Assembly: GCF_964204645.1 (NCBI RefSeq)
Contig: NC_134027.1
Span: forward strand, 17,570,560 to 17,634,559
From: Tubulanus polymorphus
Taxonomy: Eukaryota; Animalia; Nemertea
Reading direction: 5' to 3'
DNA: 64,000 bases
Positions 53,749 through 64,000 of this stretch are shown piece by piece; position 1 is the stretch's first letter, and each line of letters begins with the position of its first letter. The translations under genes were made by a program, and so were the position numbers. The notes below the pieces were generated by a model. It did not search any database. It had not been told where the DNA came from and was given only the letters and a program-made list of their open reading frames with translations.

Positions 53749-54506
53749 ATGGTAGAATTAAAAGAATATAGAATAGATGTTGATTCTAGAAAACTTACAA
53801 ATTACAAATCTCATAATTTACTAGTACAATTAGATAGAGAATTTAAGAATTGTGTTGATTTAAAATTAGTAAATGTAAGTTTATGTAATTCTTTTTATAA
53901 TGTATCGAGTAAAACTATTGATCATAATATTTTTTTAATTCATTTTAGAAATATAAATAAATGGTTTCATCTAATTTTAAAACCAGGATTATATAATTTA
54001 GAAACACTAGCTCAAGAAATTAATAGAAGAGCACGGTTAAAAATTAGAAGTGAAGATAAATTTTTAATTAGATTTATAAAAAGTGATAGCACAAATAAAA
54101 TTAAAATAAAGTTACATGATGAAAGTCAACATTCATTTATGGTGAGAAAACCATTGGCTAAATTGCTAGGAATTGCACCAAATATTGTTACAGGAAACGT
54201 AGATGGTAATTCGAAATATAATGCCTTTTTCACACTTGTATATTTATTGCAATTTAATTAATGCTACAAAAAAATTTCGAAGCAACTAAAGATATAACTT
54301 GTAATTCTAGTATATTAAATATACCATTACAAAATGTTAAAAAATTTGGAACACAAATTAATTATAATTTAGCTGAATGTGATTTTAAACCTTGTATTTC
54401 ACGATTTAACAATTTTAAATTAGAAATAAGAAATCATAATGGTTATTTAATTGATTTGAATAACTTTCCTATAATTTATGAATTAATTATAAGATGTAAA
54501 GAGTAA
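53749..54506 (+). pseudogene. Putative minor capsid (penton-like) protein, frameshifted
   Basis: IDVDSR...VQLDREFKNCVDLKLVNVSLCNSFYNV, LKPGLYN, LYIYCNLI, LEIRNHNGYLIDLNN resemble Polinton/PLV penton patterns. Confidence 0.7.
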
Positions 54507-54522
54507 TTTTTTCACTATATAA

Positions 54523-54867
54523 ATGAATATAACTGTTGGATCGAGTAAATGTTTTGGATTTGGTTTTAAACATGAGAAAGAAATGAAATTTAACGTTAAT
54601 GATGTAATAACACATATTAAAAATATTGCATTTTCTAATGAAACAACATTTGAGTATGAAAAAACAATAGATAAAGAAACTTTTAATGTAGAAAAGATTA
54701 CCGAGTCTTTAAGATTTTATGAATTAGATGAAGATTTTATAATTGATGATATTAAAAGAATAATAACTGAAATATATGAAAATGAACCTAATAATACTAT
54801 AAATGTTGAAATAATCATAAATAAGATAACTAAATATTTTGAAGATAGTAATTTTTTTTATAAATAA
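54523..54867 (+). CDS. Hypothetical acidic viral protein (114 aa)
   Basis: Intact ORF, TAAATG start, abuts the next gene. Confidence 0.6.
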   Translation: MNITVGSSKCFGFGFKHEKEMKFNVNDVITHIKNIAFSNETTFEYEKTIDKETFNVEKITESLRFYELDEDFIIDDIKRIITEIYENEPNNTINVEIIINKITKYFEDSNFFYK

Positions 54868-55089
54868 ATGAGTGATAATAAGTGGATAATAACTGGTTTA
54901 TATAATGGAGCATTATTATCAGTTGGAACTGTTGGTTATACAATGGTATTAAAAAAAGTATTTAAAATGGGAAGTGTTAATGTTGATAGATTTGATATAA
55001 ATGATATTTTAAAATTAACATTAGCAGTTACTTTATCTAATTTAACTATTGATTATTTGGAAAAACAAAAATATATTCCTCCTATATAA
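54868..55089 (+). CDS. Small hydrophobic viral protein (73 aa)
   Basis: Two hydrophobic segments; TAAATG stop/start junction. Confidence 0.65.
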   Translation: MSDNKWIITGLYNGALLSVGTVGYTMVLKKVFKMGSVNVDRFDINDILKLTLAVTLSNLTIDYLEKQKYIPPI

Positions 55090-55113
55090 ATGCGTAATTA
55101 TTTTACTAAATAA

Positions 55114-55455
55114 ATGGCTTCTGTAGTTATAACTATTATAGGATCGGCAATTGTTAACGCTTTAGCATTTGGTGGTGGATATTTATTTAAACATGTTGAT
55201 AAAAATGGTACATTATCAGAACAAAAAAGACATAACTTAGCATTAGAGAAATATAATAAAGCTGCAGAAGAATATAGAGAAAAGAGGCAAAACTATATGG
55301 ATTATATGAACAAGGAATTATATGATCAGAAGATTTCACATAGAGATTTTCAATCAGTTGATGATGCAATGAGTTTATATAACGCGGTAACAAATAAAGA
55401 AAAATTACATCTACATAAACCTACAATATCAGATTATTATATGTTTAAAAAGTAA
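55114..55455 (+). CDS. Viral protein with hydrophobic N-terminus and coiled coil (113 aa)
   Basis: MASVVITIIGSAIVNALAFGGGYLF...EQKRHNLALEK; TAAATG start. Confidence 0.7.
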   Translation: MASVVITIIGSAIVNALAFGGGYLFKHVDKNGTLSEQKRHNLALEKYNKAAEEYREKRQNYMDYMNKELYDQKISHRDFQSVDDAMSLYNAVTNKEKLHLHKPTISDYYMFKK

Positions 55456-55468
55456 AATTATATATTAT

Positions 55469-55753
55469 TTGATTATAAGTGGTTCGGTTACAATTAGTTC
55501 TGTAATAACATTTCTAGCAATATTCAGCCCATTAACACCTTTAGCTATATCAATTGGTGTGTTAGGATTAATTTCAAGTGTATTAACTGGCATAAGTTCA
55601 AAATTAAATATAAAAAGTAATAAAGAAAAAATTAGAACTAATATTAAAGAAATTAGTAAATCGAAGAATACACTAGATTATATAATGAGTTTAAATGGTA
55701 ATATTACAGTTGAAGAACAAGATAAATTATTAAAAGAATTAATAAATTATTAA
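55469..55753 (+). CDS. Two-helix membrane protein, start uncertain
   Basis: SVITFLAIFSPLTPLAISIGVLGLISSVLTGI followed by a charged tail. Confidence 0.55.
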   Translation: MIISGSVTISSVITFLAIFSPLTPLAISIGVLGLISSVLTGISSKLNIKSNKEKIRTNIKEISKSKNTLDYIMSLNGNITVEEQDKLLKELINY

Positions 55754-55769
55754 TTTTTTTATTATATAA

Positions 55770-56033
55770 ATGGGGTTTCCAAAAGCTTTCCAATATAATA
55801 AATCAATTAAATATAATATTCCTGCAATAGATTTTAACAAAAATATTACATATAAAAATTTAGTTTTAAATTCATTAACTAATTTAGAAATTTATGTTAC
55901 TGAATCACAGTTTTTTATTTCTAAAATGGAAAATATATTTAATACATATGAAGTTACTTTTACTCGAGATGAATATCATTTATATAAAGTAAAATCCAGA
56001 AAACATTGTAAGATATCAAAATTATTTAGATAA
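55770..56033 (+). CDS. Hypothetical viral protein, possibly truncated
   Basis: TAAATG start; the 3' region is also conserved at about 21045-21130. Confidence 0.5.
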   Translation: MGFPKAFQYNKSIKYNIPAIDFNKNITYKNLVLNSLTNLEIYVTESQFFISKMENIFNTYEVTFTRDEYHLYKVKSRKHCKISKLFR

Positions 56034-56103
56034 ATCACATATTAGATTAAATTATTGTATAGGCCCTAATCTATTAATTATTTCTAATGATTTAGTATTA
56101 AAG

Positions 56104-56454
56104 ATGGGAAATATAATTGGTTATAATAATCTAATTAAAACTGCAACAATAAATAATTCATTTGGATTAAATGATATAAATAAAATGATTATCACTGCCC
56201 CAAAATTAATGGAAGGTGAAAAAAATAAAAAACATATTCAATCAACAGAAACTAAAACTAAGAATATTAAATTGGATAATGATTCTAAAATAAAAGATTA
56301 CAATACATCAGAAAATATTAAAACTGATAATATTCAACATGAAATAATTAAACTAAATGATGATAATAAATCCCATGAAAATGCTAAATTAGCTTTAACT
56401 TGTATAGGAATTCTAATCGGAGGAATATTATATTTTAAATTTTTTATTATGTAA
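56104..56454 (+). CDS. Small protein with Met-Gly start and C-terminal transmembrane helix (116 aa)
   Basis: MGNIIGY...LALTCIGILIGGILYFKFF; homolog at about 21135-21470. Confidence 0.7.
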   Translation: MGNIIGYNNLIKTATINNSFGLNDINKMIITAPKLMEGEKNKKHIQSTETKTKNIKLDNDSKIKDYNTSENIKTDNIQHEIIKLNDDNKSHENAKLALTCIGILIGGILYFKFFIM

Positions 56455-57880
56455 ATGGATGTAGAAGGCGGAAAAGCTTATGAAATGGGAGAAATGGGAA
56501 TTAATAATAAAGGATATATTGATGATGATTATAATGATGCAGAAACTAATATTGATAATTATGATGAATCAGCATATAATACTAATTTAGCAGATAGTGG
56601 TTCTAAAGCCCCATCAACAGATGAATTTGATAGAAGAACTAGATCGAGAATAAATCCTGAAAATGAAAATCCAGATTTAGTAAAACAAAATTTAGAATAT
56701 AATGAATATATTTATAATTTCAAACCTATATTTGAAAAATCTGGATATAATATAAATGCCAGAGGCGCCAGACTTTTAGTAAATATTAAAATCTTTAGAT
56801 GGCGAATATTATTATCATTTGCAAGATGATTATTATATTAATATCTCTTATAAAAATCAAAACGAAATATAAGCAGAATCAACTTTGAGTAATTTAGAAC
56901 CAGATAGAATTAAAAGAATAAGAAATAGTAATGAAATAGAAAATGTAACACAAGAAAAAATAAATCAGAATAGAAAAGTATTTAAACAAAGAATTAATGA
57001 CTTATTTGAAACAATCGATAATAATTTAGATCCAGAAACAACTTCTGAACAGAATATAACTTCCAAAACTAGTAAACCTAATTCAAGAGTAGTTCAAACT
57101 GAAAAACTTTTACCAAATCGATTACTTGATGCAACGAAACAAGAATTAGAAGATTTAAATATATTTTCTGATAGAGCAATTAGATAAATTATTAGTATAC
57201 AAAATAAAGCTGTTAAATTTGCGCATGATAAAAGTGTAAGAGATTTTAAAATTATAACTTTAGAAGATCAGAACAACTAAAATTAGATAGAGATAATAAA
57301 GTTATTGAGGAAATTGAATTTAAAAAAAGAAATGCATATTTAGAAAAAGAAATTGATAATTTAGAATATAACATAGAATTTCAGAAAGAAGATATCAAAT
57401 TATTAAAAAAATCATATGATTATTGTATTAATAGATTAAAAGTTGTTGTTAAAGATTTAATAATTAAACCAGATTCTGAAATATCATTGAAAGATAGAAT
57501 AAAATTATTATTTAAGTTAGAAGGAATCACAATTCTTTCAATTCTAACAGCTGTAACTATGGTATTTACAACAATTGGTTTAGCAATATCAAATTCATTG
57601 AAATCTACTCCTACTCCCAATAAACCGGATAAACCCCCGAATGATAATAATTCTATACAAGATAAAGTTAAGGATGGTTTAAAGAAATTAGCAAAATATT
57701 TATGGGACTATCTAAAAAATCTGCTGCAGCATTACCCGGAGTTATTGCATCAATTGTTGGTTTTATATTGAAATCTGCTGGGAATATTCTTAACTTTGCT
57801 GCTGAACATATTATTTTATTTTTAATTACAGTTGTAAGTGCAATTATTTTTGGGTTAATGAATATGATAAAAAATAAATA
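56455..57880 (+). pseudogene. Large coiled-coil protein with C-terminal hydrophobic helices, frameshifted
   Basis: Acidic N-terminus, coiled coil, LFKLEGITILSILTAVTMVFTTIGLAI, SAAALPGVIASIVGFILK, EHIILFLITVVSAIIFGL. C-terminus conserved in the remnant at 21869-22174. Confidence 0.7.
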
Positions 57881-57901
57881 ATTAATTTTTTTGTTAAATA
57901 A

Positions 57902-59148
57902 ATGAGTGGGAGTTATATAAGTCCTTCTAAGAATTCTAGAATATCTAATGCTATTAAAGCAGAAAGATCACATCATGTAATTACTCATAACCCTTCTAAT
58001 ATTAATCCCGATGAAACTTTATATGTTAGAAATCCTCGATTAACACAAAATACTTTTTATGTTCCAAATAGTATTTATTTATCAGCCGATATAAAAGTAA
58101 CTGGTAATAATAATAATTATGTTGTTGATAATGTTGGGAGATATTTGATTAAAAAATTAGCTGTAAAGATTGGACCAGAAACAGTTTTCTCATTGGATAA
58201 TTATAATTTATTTATGCATTTTAAAGATTTATGGTTAACAAAAGAAAATAGAAATAATATGATATTTCAAGGCATCCAATCAGAAAACCAAAATAAATTA
58301 AGATCTGAACCTAATAATGCAGTAGTAACTAATGCTACAGATAATTTGATAAAAAAGATTTATGGAAGCAAATATAAAATTCCATTAGACTTTGAATTGA
58401 TAAATAATAATGCGCCTTTATACAAATATGTTATACAAGAAGATATTATATTCGAAATAACATTTGCTCCTGTAAATGAAATTGTATTATCTAGCGTTGT
58501 TAAAGATATGGGTTATGAATTATCGAATATATGTTTAGAATATGATACAGTAACTGATGAAAATATTGCTAGCATAATTCAAACTCAATACAACCAAGGA
58601 TTTTTATTATTATATGATTATATTGAAAAATTTAAAACTGTAACTATTAATGCAAATGATGAAATAATTGATGAGAATATTAACATCCCAAGAAGATCTA
58701 TTAAAGGTATGTTAATATTTTTGCCATTGCAACGTATACTAATGGTCCAATAAAAGTTGATAATTATTATAATCCTGAAATATCAAAAGCAGAAATAACA
58801 ATTGAAGGCATAGCAAATAAAATATTTCGTCAGGGAATGAGAATGATAGATCAATGGCCAGAAATTAGAAAACATTTTATGAATGAAAAAGTAAAATCAT
58901 TTGAAAATTGTAATATTAATCAAATTGATTATTATACCAGTAATAAATATGCATTATGGTTAGATTTTAGAACAACAGAGGATAATTCATTGCATGGTTC
59001 TGGGAAAAAACTACAAAATACTAAAGATGGAATACAATTATTCATGAAAAAGAAAAAAGGAAGTTTAAATTTCAAAATGCGCGTTTATATTACATCCGAC
59101 GCGCAATTAAATATTGTAAATTCACAATTAGATAGTTTTATGTTTTAA
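57902..59148 (+). pseudogene. Putative double jelly-roll major capsid protein, one frameshift near 58720
   Basis: About 415 aa when joined. VITHNPSNI...LYVRNP, LSNICLEYDTV, YYNPEISKAEITIEG, ALWLDFRT...LHGSG, ITSDAQLNI. Size, context and conservation between the two copies fit a capsid gene. Confidence 0.75.
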
Positions 59149-59197
59149 GTGTTATGAAATATTAAAATTTTAACTTTAATAAAAAATCTTATATTAG

Positions 59198-60393
59198 ATG
59201 GAAGGTGGAATATATGAAATACAAACTCCAAGTGAAATGATATCAGATATATATTATATATTACCTATGATGAATACAGTAATTATTTTGGAGAATACTT
59301 TAATCAATTCAAATATAGAATAAGTAAAATAGATAAGAATATTGAAACAAAAAAAGAAAATAATATTGAACTTAAAATAGAAGATAAGAATGATATTGAA
59401 TATAAGATAGAAGATAATATTGAAACTAAAATAGAAGATAGTAATAATATTGAAACAAAAAAAGAAGGTGTAACATCATCTACATCTTATAATATACCCT
59501 CTACATATCATATTGAATCAAAAAAAGATTATTATAATCAAAAATATTGTGATGTATGTAAGAAATATATATCATATAAAAATTGGGCATCACATAAGAA
59601 ATCAAAGAAACATATAGAAAAAGAAAAGAATAATAATGATAATAATATATCTGGTAATAATATAATAGATAATATCATAGATAATGTTAATACAATTGAA
59701 ACAAATGATACCATAGATAATATAACAGATAATGTTGATATAATTGAAACTAATGATAATGAAACAATTGATGATTCTAAAAAAAAAAATTTTTACATTT
59801 GTGATTTAGATATTTCTAAAAGTAATTTTTCTAAACATAAAAAATCTCAAGCGCATATCGAAAATGAAAGGAAGTTAGAAGAACATGAACAGAAATTAGA
59901 AGAAATAGAAAGAAATAAAATGTGCCAATATTGTAATAAAAAAATTGAACCTGTTGATGAAAATACTCATTATAAATCAAAATTACATCTAATAAATGTT
60001 TATAAAATAATGGGTATGATACCATTGTTAAATAACCCAGAGAAATATATGAAATATTTTAATCCTAAAACTAACCAATATTATATATTCTATAAGTTGT
60101 TATTTGATAAATTATTAGCTTATGCAGAAGATAATCATGAACAAATCTATTTTTTATTATATTTTAGAAAAATAGATTTAATTTATCTAATCAAACATTT
60201 TGGATATCAATTTGATTTTGATAATGATGATTTTGATGAATACTTAGAAAAATAAAGAGAAAAAGCTAATATACCTACTAATTATCAATCAAAGATGACT
60301 CGACTAAAATTAATAAATCTACCTAAGACTTTTGATGAATTAGATATAAACAGAGATGATTTTATAGATGTATTAGAAACAAAATTAGAATAA
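59198..60393 (+). pseudogene. Multi zinc-finger protein with low-complexity Asn/Ile/Glu repeats, disrupted
   Basis: YCDVCKKYISYKNWASHKKSKKH, a second degenerate finger near 59790-59860, and CQYCNKKIEPVDENTHYKSKLH. Confidence 0.65.
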
Positions 60394-60411
60394 TTATTAT
60401 AAAACTATTTT

Positions 60412-60760
60412 TATATCTATGTACTAGACGTACGTAAGAATCTTGGTAAGAATCCAAGAATCCAAGAAATCTTACTTTCTTACTCGTACGTCTAGTACAT
60501 AGATATATATGTACATATATAATAGTTTTCATAAAAATTAAAAACACAAAATTATTAATCTAAGTATAGAAATAGTTATAATATAATCTATTTTTATTTT
60601 TATTAAGAGAGAACATATAATTTATTCATTTTTATATAATTCATTTAATAATTTATATATCTATGTACTAGACGTACGTGTAAGAATCCAAGAATTCTTA
60701 CTTTCTTACTTTCTTAGCAAGAATCTTGGATTCTTACGTACGTCTAGTATATAGAAATAT
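60412..60760. repeat. Two related hairpins (60412-60507 and about 60656-60760) between convergent genes
   Basis: Arm tatatctatgtactagacgtacg / cgtacgtctagtacatagatata (perfect 23 bp in the first); interiors built from aagaatcc and ttcttact units. Confidence 0.9.
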
Positions 60761-60793
60761 AAATTAGTTTCTATAATATTCCAAATTAGGATT

Positions 60794-61405
60794 TTATTTT
60801 ATAAATTTATATTCATAGGGAAATTGAAGCCTCAGTAATAATTTTGAACCTTTATTATTCTTTAATTTATTCATATATTCATCATGTAATTCAGTAGGTA
60901 TAATTTGATTTTCTTCCAATGATTGTTGCATAGATTTTCTATCTTTATTGTAGAATAAAACTAAAAATCTTATATTCTCCCTAAAGTTTTTAACAATTGA
61001 ATTATATTTTTGATTTAAAACCCATGTTCTTATCCCAAAATGTCTCCCAGAGAAAGCTAGATAACATAACTCACTTTCTCTAACTTTTGAATCATGTAAA
61101 TTAGCACAATCATCTATAATGAATAATGTATTTAATCCTGTATAAATATCTAATGCTATTTTTATACAATTATCTAAATTTTCTTTTACTGTTTTAGGAT
61201 TTAATATAATAAACTTTTTTATCTTAACTATATCTCTATTATATGTTTTATTCATTTCATAAGTGGGGCAGAATAATATTATATTATCAAAATAATTCTT
61301 ATAAATAGTTTCTAACAAATCTAATATGAAATGTGTTTTACCGCAGTTTGTTACTCCAGTAACTAACATATTATGCGGTTCAAATATAAATAAATCTTTA
61401 TTCAT
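60794..61405 (-). CDS. A32/FtsK-like DNA packaging ATPase (203 aa, intact)
   Basis: Walker A GVTNCGKT, Walker B LFIIDD, SGRHFGI...LNQ motif. Confidence 0.92.
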   Translation of the reverse strand: MNKDLFIFEPHNMLVTGVTNCGKTHFILDLLETIYKNYFDNIILFCPTYEMNKTYNRDIVKIKKFIILNPKTVKENLDNCIKIALDIYTGLNTLFIIDDCANLHDSKVRESELCYLAFSGRHFGIRTWVLNQKYNSIVKNFRENIRFLVLFYNKDRKSMQQSLEENQIIPTELHDEYMNKLKNNKGSKLLLRLQFPYEYKFIK

Positions 61406-62479
61406 TTATTCTTTTAATTTTACTAGATAAAATCCATTCATTAAATTTATCATCGTATCCTTTATATTTCACCAAAGAATACTTTTTTCCTTTAAGAGTT
61501 TTTGTTTTCAATACTTTTTCTATTTTGTATTCTATTTCATCTGGGTTTGGTACAAGTGATAATTCTTGTTCATAGAAATAACCTAATATTTCTTCATCTT
61601 TTAGATCTTCTAATTTATAAACAAATGGTTTAGTTAATATTATCTTTTTAATCTTAAATATTTCTTCAGTAAAATTAGGGGTATAACCTTTATAAAAGGT
61701 TTTTCTATATTTAGATATTCTAACGTGTTGTCCAATTTAAATTTAGGTTTTCCAAAATCATGTGTTACAAACGCGCCATATAAATTATTCCAAACTATTT
61801 CTGAATTATCTTCTTTTCTAGCTTGTATAGGTTTCATATTTATAGAACTATGTTTAGAATTATTATAACCTTTCACTAAATCATCTAACACATCGATATA
61901 TTTATATGTTTCATTAGCAGTAAAGTATTTCCACATTCTAGTTTTCGATGTTTTATTAAATCTTTCTATAATAGATGCTTTTTTATCTGAATGTGTTGAA
62001 AAATACTCTACATCGTTAACAGATAATAGTTTTTTTAATTGTTTGTTATAGAATTCCTTACCTTCATCAAATTGTATCTTACCTGGAATAGATTCAAATA
62101 TATTCTTAAAAGCATTTGTCACTTCTATTCCACTTTTATTTTTGATTGGAATTGACCACGCGTATCTACTGAATATGTCTATAACATTCAGTATCCAGAA
62201 ATATCCTTTGTTGTATTCTTCTAAGTTCTTCATGTCAATTAAATCAGCTTGCCATTGTTGATCGATATATGAAACCATTACTTTTCTTGTTAAATGAGTT
62301 TTATCCATTTTCTTGTGGATTTGATATGTTGGTTGATTTTGTAACCATGATTTTAATTCGCTATATTTTATATTTTCTTTATCGGATTTAATTTTACCCC
62401 ATAATTCTGAAACGTTAGAATATGATACTTCACTTTCTGGGTTATAATATAAATCTCTTAAATATTGTTCTTTTTTCAT
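61398..62479 (-). pseudogene. Retroviral-like (rve) integrase with C-terminal chromodomain, frameshift near 61730
   Basis: WQADLIDM, IDIFSRYAW, QFDEGKEF, KASIIERFNKT. After the shift: YKIEKVLKTKTLKGKKYSLVKYKGYDDKFNEW. Confidence 0.92.
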
Positions 62480-62499
62480 CTTCTTTTAATCCATTAATA

Positions 62500-62856
62500 A
62501 TAATTTAGATTTAGTTTCAATGACTTAATGATTTGACTTATTTTCTGGTATAATAGGTTTATCATCATTGGAATCATCTTTATCATCAGATTTGAAATTT
62601 GATTTATATATTACACCGGATAATATAATAATTGTGATTAACACAATTGTAATATATAAGTAGTTATTTCTTCCAGCATTATAAGAATTAGATGGATTGT
62701 TATTTGAATCAATATCAGATAAAGTCTGTGATTCATTTATATCAGTTAATTTCTTTTTCTTAGCTTTTTTTTTAATTCTGCAGATCTTTTACCTAATTCT
62801 CTTGCCCATTTAATTTGTTTTTCAGATCTAACCTTTTTCTTAACGCCATCACTCAT
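62500..62856 (-). pseudogene. Small basic protein with a C-terminal transmembrane helix, frameshifted (not in ORF track)
   Basis: TAAATG start MSDGVKKKVRSEKQIKWARELGKRS, then YLYITIVLITIIILSGVIY after a shift in an A-run. Confidence 0.55.
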
Positions 62857-63319
62857 TTATTTTAGTTAATTTTTGTTCTGATTCATTTTCTGTTTCGCCG
62901 TTTGGTTGTAGTACATCTGTTTCGTTCTTACCTGATTTATATTCCATAGGTTTGATGTTCGAAAATGTTATGACACCAGTAGAAATTAATGTCATAACCG
63001 ATCCTAATTGAAATGAAGCGTAACCAACCCATTTTTGTAATTCAGTCATAACTAAGTAGTCATTTTTCGAATCATTATATAATTTATTGGTATCATCAAT
63101 TGGTATTAACTGGTTACATAACTTAGAGTAACATTTGATAATACCATCCGAAATAGAATCATTTATTCTAGCTAATCTAGCTTCTTCATAAATCTTAAAA
63201 TATTTTATTACTTTATCTGGTTTCATAGAGTCTAGTTCTTGAAAAGTAATGGTCTTAGTTAAAAACTCCTTAGATTTCCCGCCAGCAATTAGTAATTCAA
63301 GATGGTGTTTACAATTCAT
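62849..63319 (-). CDS. Hypothetical viral protein, probable start MNCKHHLE
   Basis: Long open frame within the gene block; the stop overlaps the next start. Confidence 0.6.
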   Translation of the reverse strand: MNCKHHLELLIAGGKSKEFLTKTITFQELDSMKPDKVIKYFKIYEEARLARINDSISDGIIKCYSKLCNQLIPIDDTNKLYNDSKNDYLVMTELQKWVGYASFQLGSVMTLISTGVITFSNIKPMEYKSGKNETDVLQPNGETENESEQKLTKINE

Positions 63320-63609
63320 AATCAATATTGTTATTAACTTGAATATTATTTTCAATTTTGGTCGGAATATCCTTATTATCACTAATACCCAAATCATCTA
63401 ATGTTTTTTCAATATCAATTCTATTCTTACTCGATATCTTTGAAATTTATATTAGAGAAAAAAAGCAAGAAAAGTATTATAAGTATTCTTCAAATGATAT
63501 TAGTATCTCTTTGGGCTAATACTAGCTTAGTTCAGTTAAAGAATTTGAGTATTAGTTATTGTTTTTTTAGTATTTTTCATTTGTGATATAAAGTATTCCC
63601 TTTTGAAAA

Positions 63610-64000
63610 TATGAGAGATCCCGAAACGAGACCAACAATAAAACAACTAATCCCAATCAAAAGAAATAACAGAAATAACAATGTCAGAATTTGCAAACTT
63701 GAGCTACCCAACGTCCTCAACTTATTCAAAAATAATGATATCGTGCTGATATCAGAAACATGGAATTCCGCGGAAACAGCGTTCCAAACACCAGATGGAT
63801 TCTCATATTTTCAACAGACAAGAAAGAAAAAATCGCGCGCGAAACGTCATTCCGGTGGTCTGCTGCTTTTTTGCTTTTGAACTGAAAACCGGGATAAAAC
63901 TTTTAAAATCCGATAACGCGGACTATCTCTGGATTAAACTTGATAAGACGGTTTCACGCCTGAACGAGGACACTTTTATATGTTTGGCCTATGTATCGCC
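63610..64000 (+). pseudogene. LINE ORF2 apurinic-like endonuclease fragment
   Basis: NDIVLISETW, RHSGGLLLF, YLWIKL, YICLAYV; GC content returns to the host-like level. Confidence 0.85.

Larger units (their letters stand above)
48854..63600 (+). mobile_element. Polinton/Maverick-like endogenous virus, right end truncated
   Basis: Abrupt AT-rich, intronless, gene-dense block starting AGT. Contains pPolB, penton-like protein, major capsid protein, A32-like ATPase and integrase. No matching right TIR or TSD. Confidence 0.93.

Noticed and set aside
49294-62479. Bacterial prophage, contaminant or currently active virus
   Set aside because: It is flanked on both sides by eukaryotic LINE sequence and has a chromodomain integrase. 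Stops and frameshifts disrupt pPolB, capsid, penton and integrase, although some homopolymer shifts could be sequencing errors.
63915-63920. aacgcg as the right target-site duplication of the Polinton-like element
   Set aside because: It lies inside LINE endonuclease coding sequence and is not preceded by an inverted copy of the left terminus.

Overview
Repeat-rich, intron-containing animal genomic DNA (invertebrate-like), made up almost entirely of nested mobile elements. Two phase-compatible exons of a host LDLa + transmembrane gene (4836-5009, 20606-20791) enclose a decayed BEL/Pao LTR retrotransposon, a near-identical 3932-bp tandem duplication and Helentron-like (HINE) repeats. Gypsy fragments lie upstream. 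Next comes a decayed Polinton/Maverick-like remnant (about 21040-30371). Its integrase is split by a TTAA-flanked piggyBac-type non-autonomous element and cut off by a Kolobok-type transposon (THAP + DDE, convergent P2X7-C-terminus-like gene), which is itself full of insertions. A Penelope fragment follows. The main feature is a roughly 14.7-kb, very AT-rich, intronless Polinton-like endogenous virus (48854 to about 63600) inserted into a LINE. It encodes pPolB, a penton-like protein, a major capsid protein, an A32-like ATPase, a chromodomain-bearing integrase and several small membrane proteins; many of these genes are frameshifted. Unusual traits: a TAAATG start motif shared by most of its genes, a roughly 190-bp fold-back at its left terminus, twin hairpins between its convergent gene blocks, and no recognisable maturation protease. 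Family calls come from motif recognition by eye; no searches were run.
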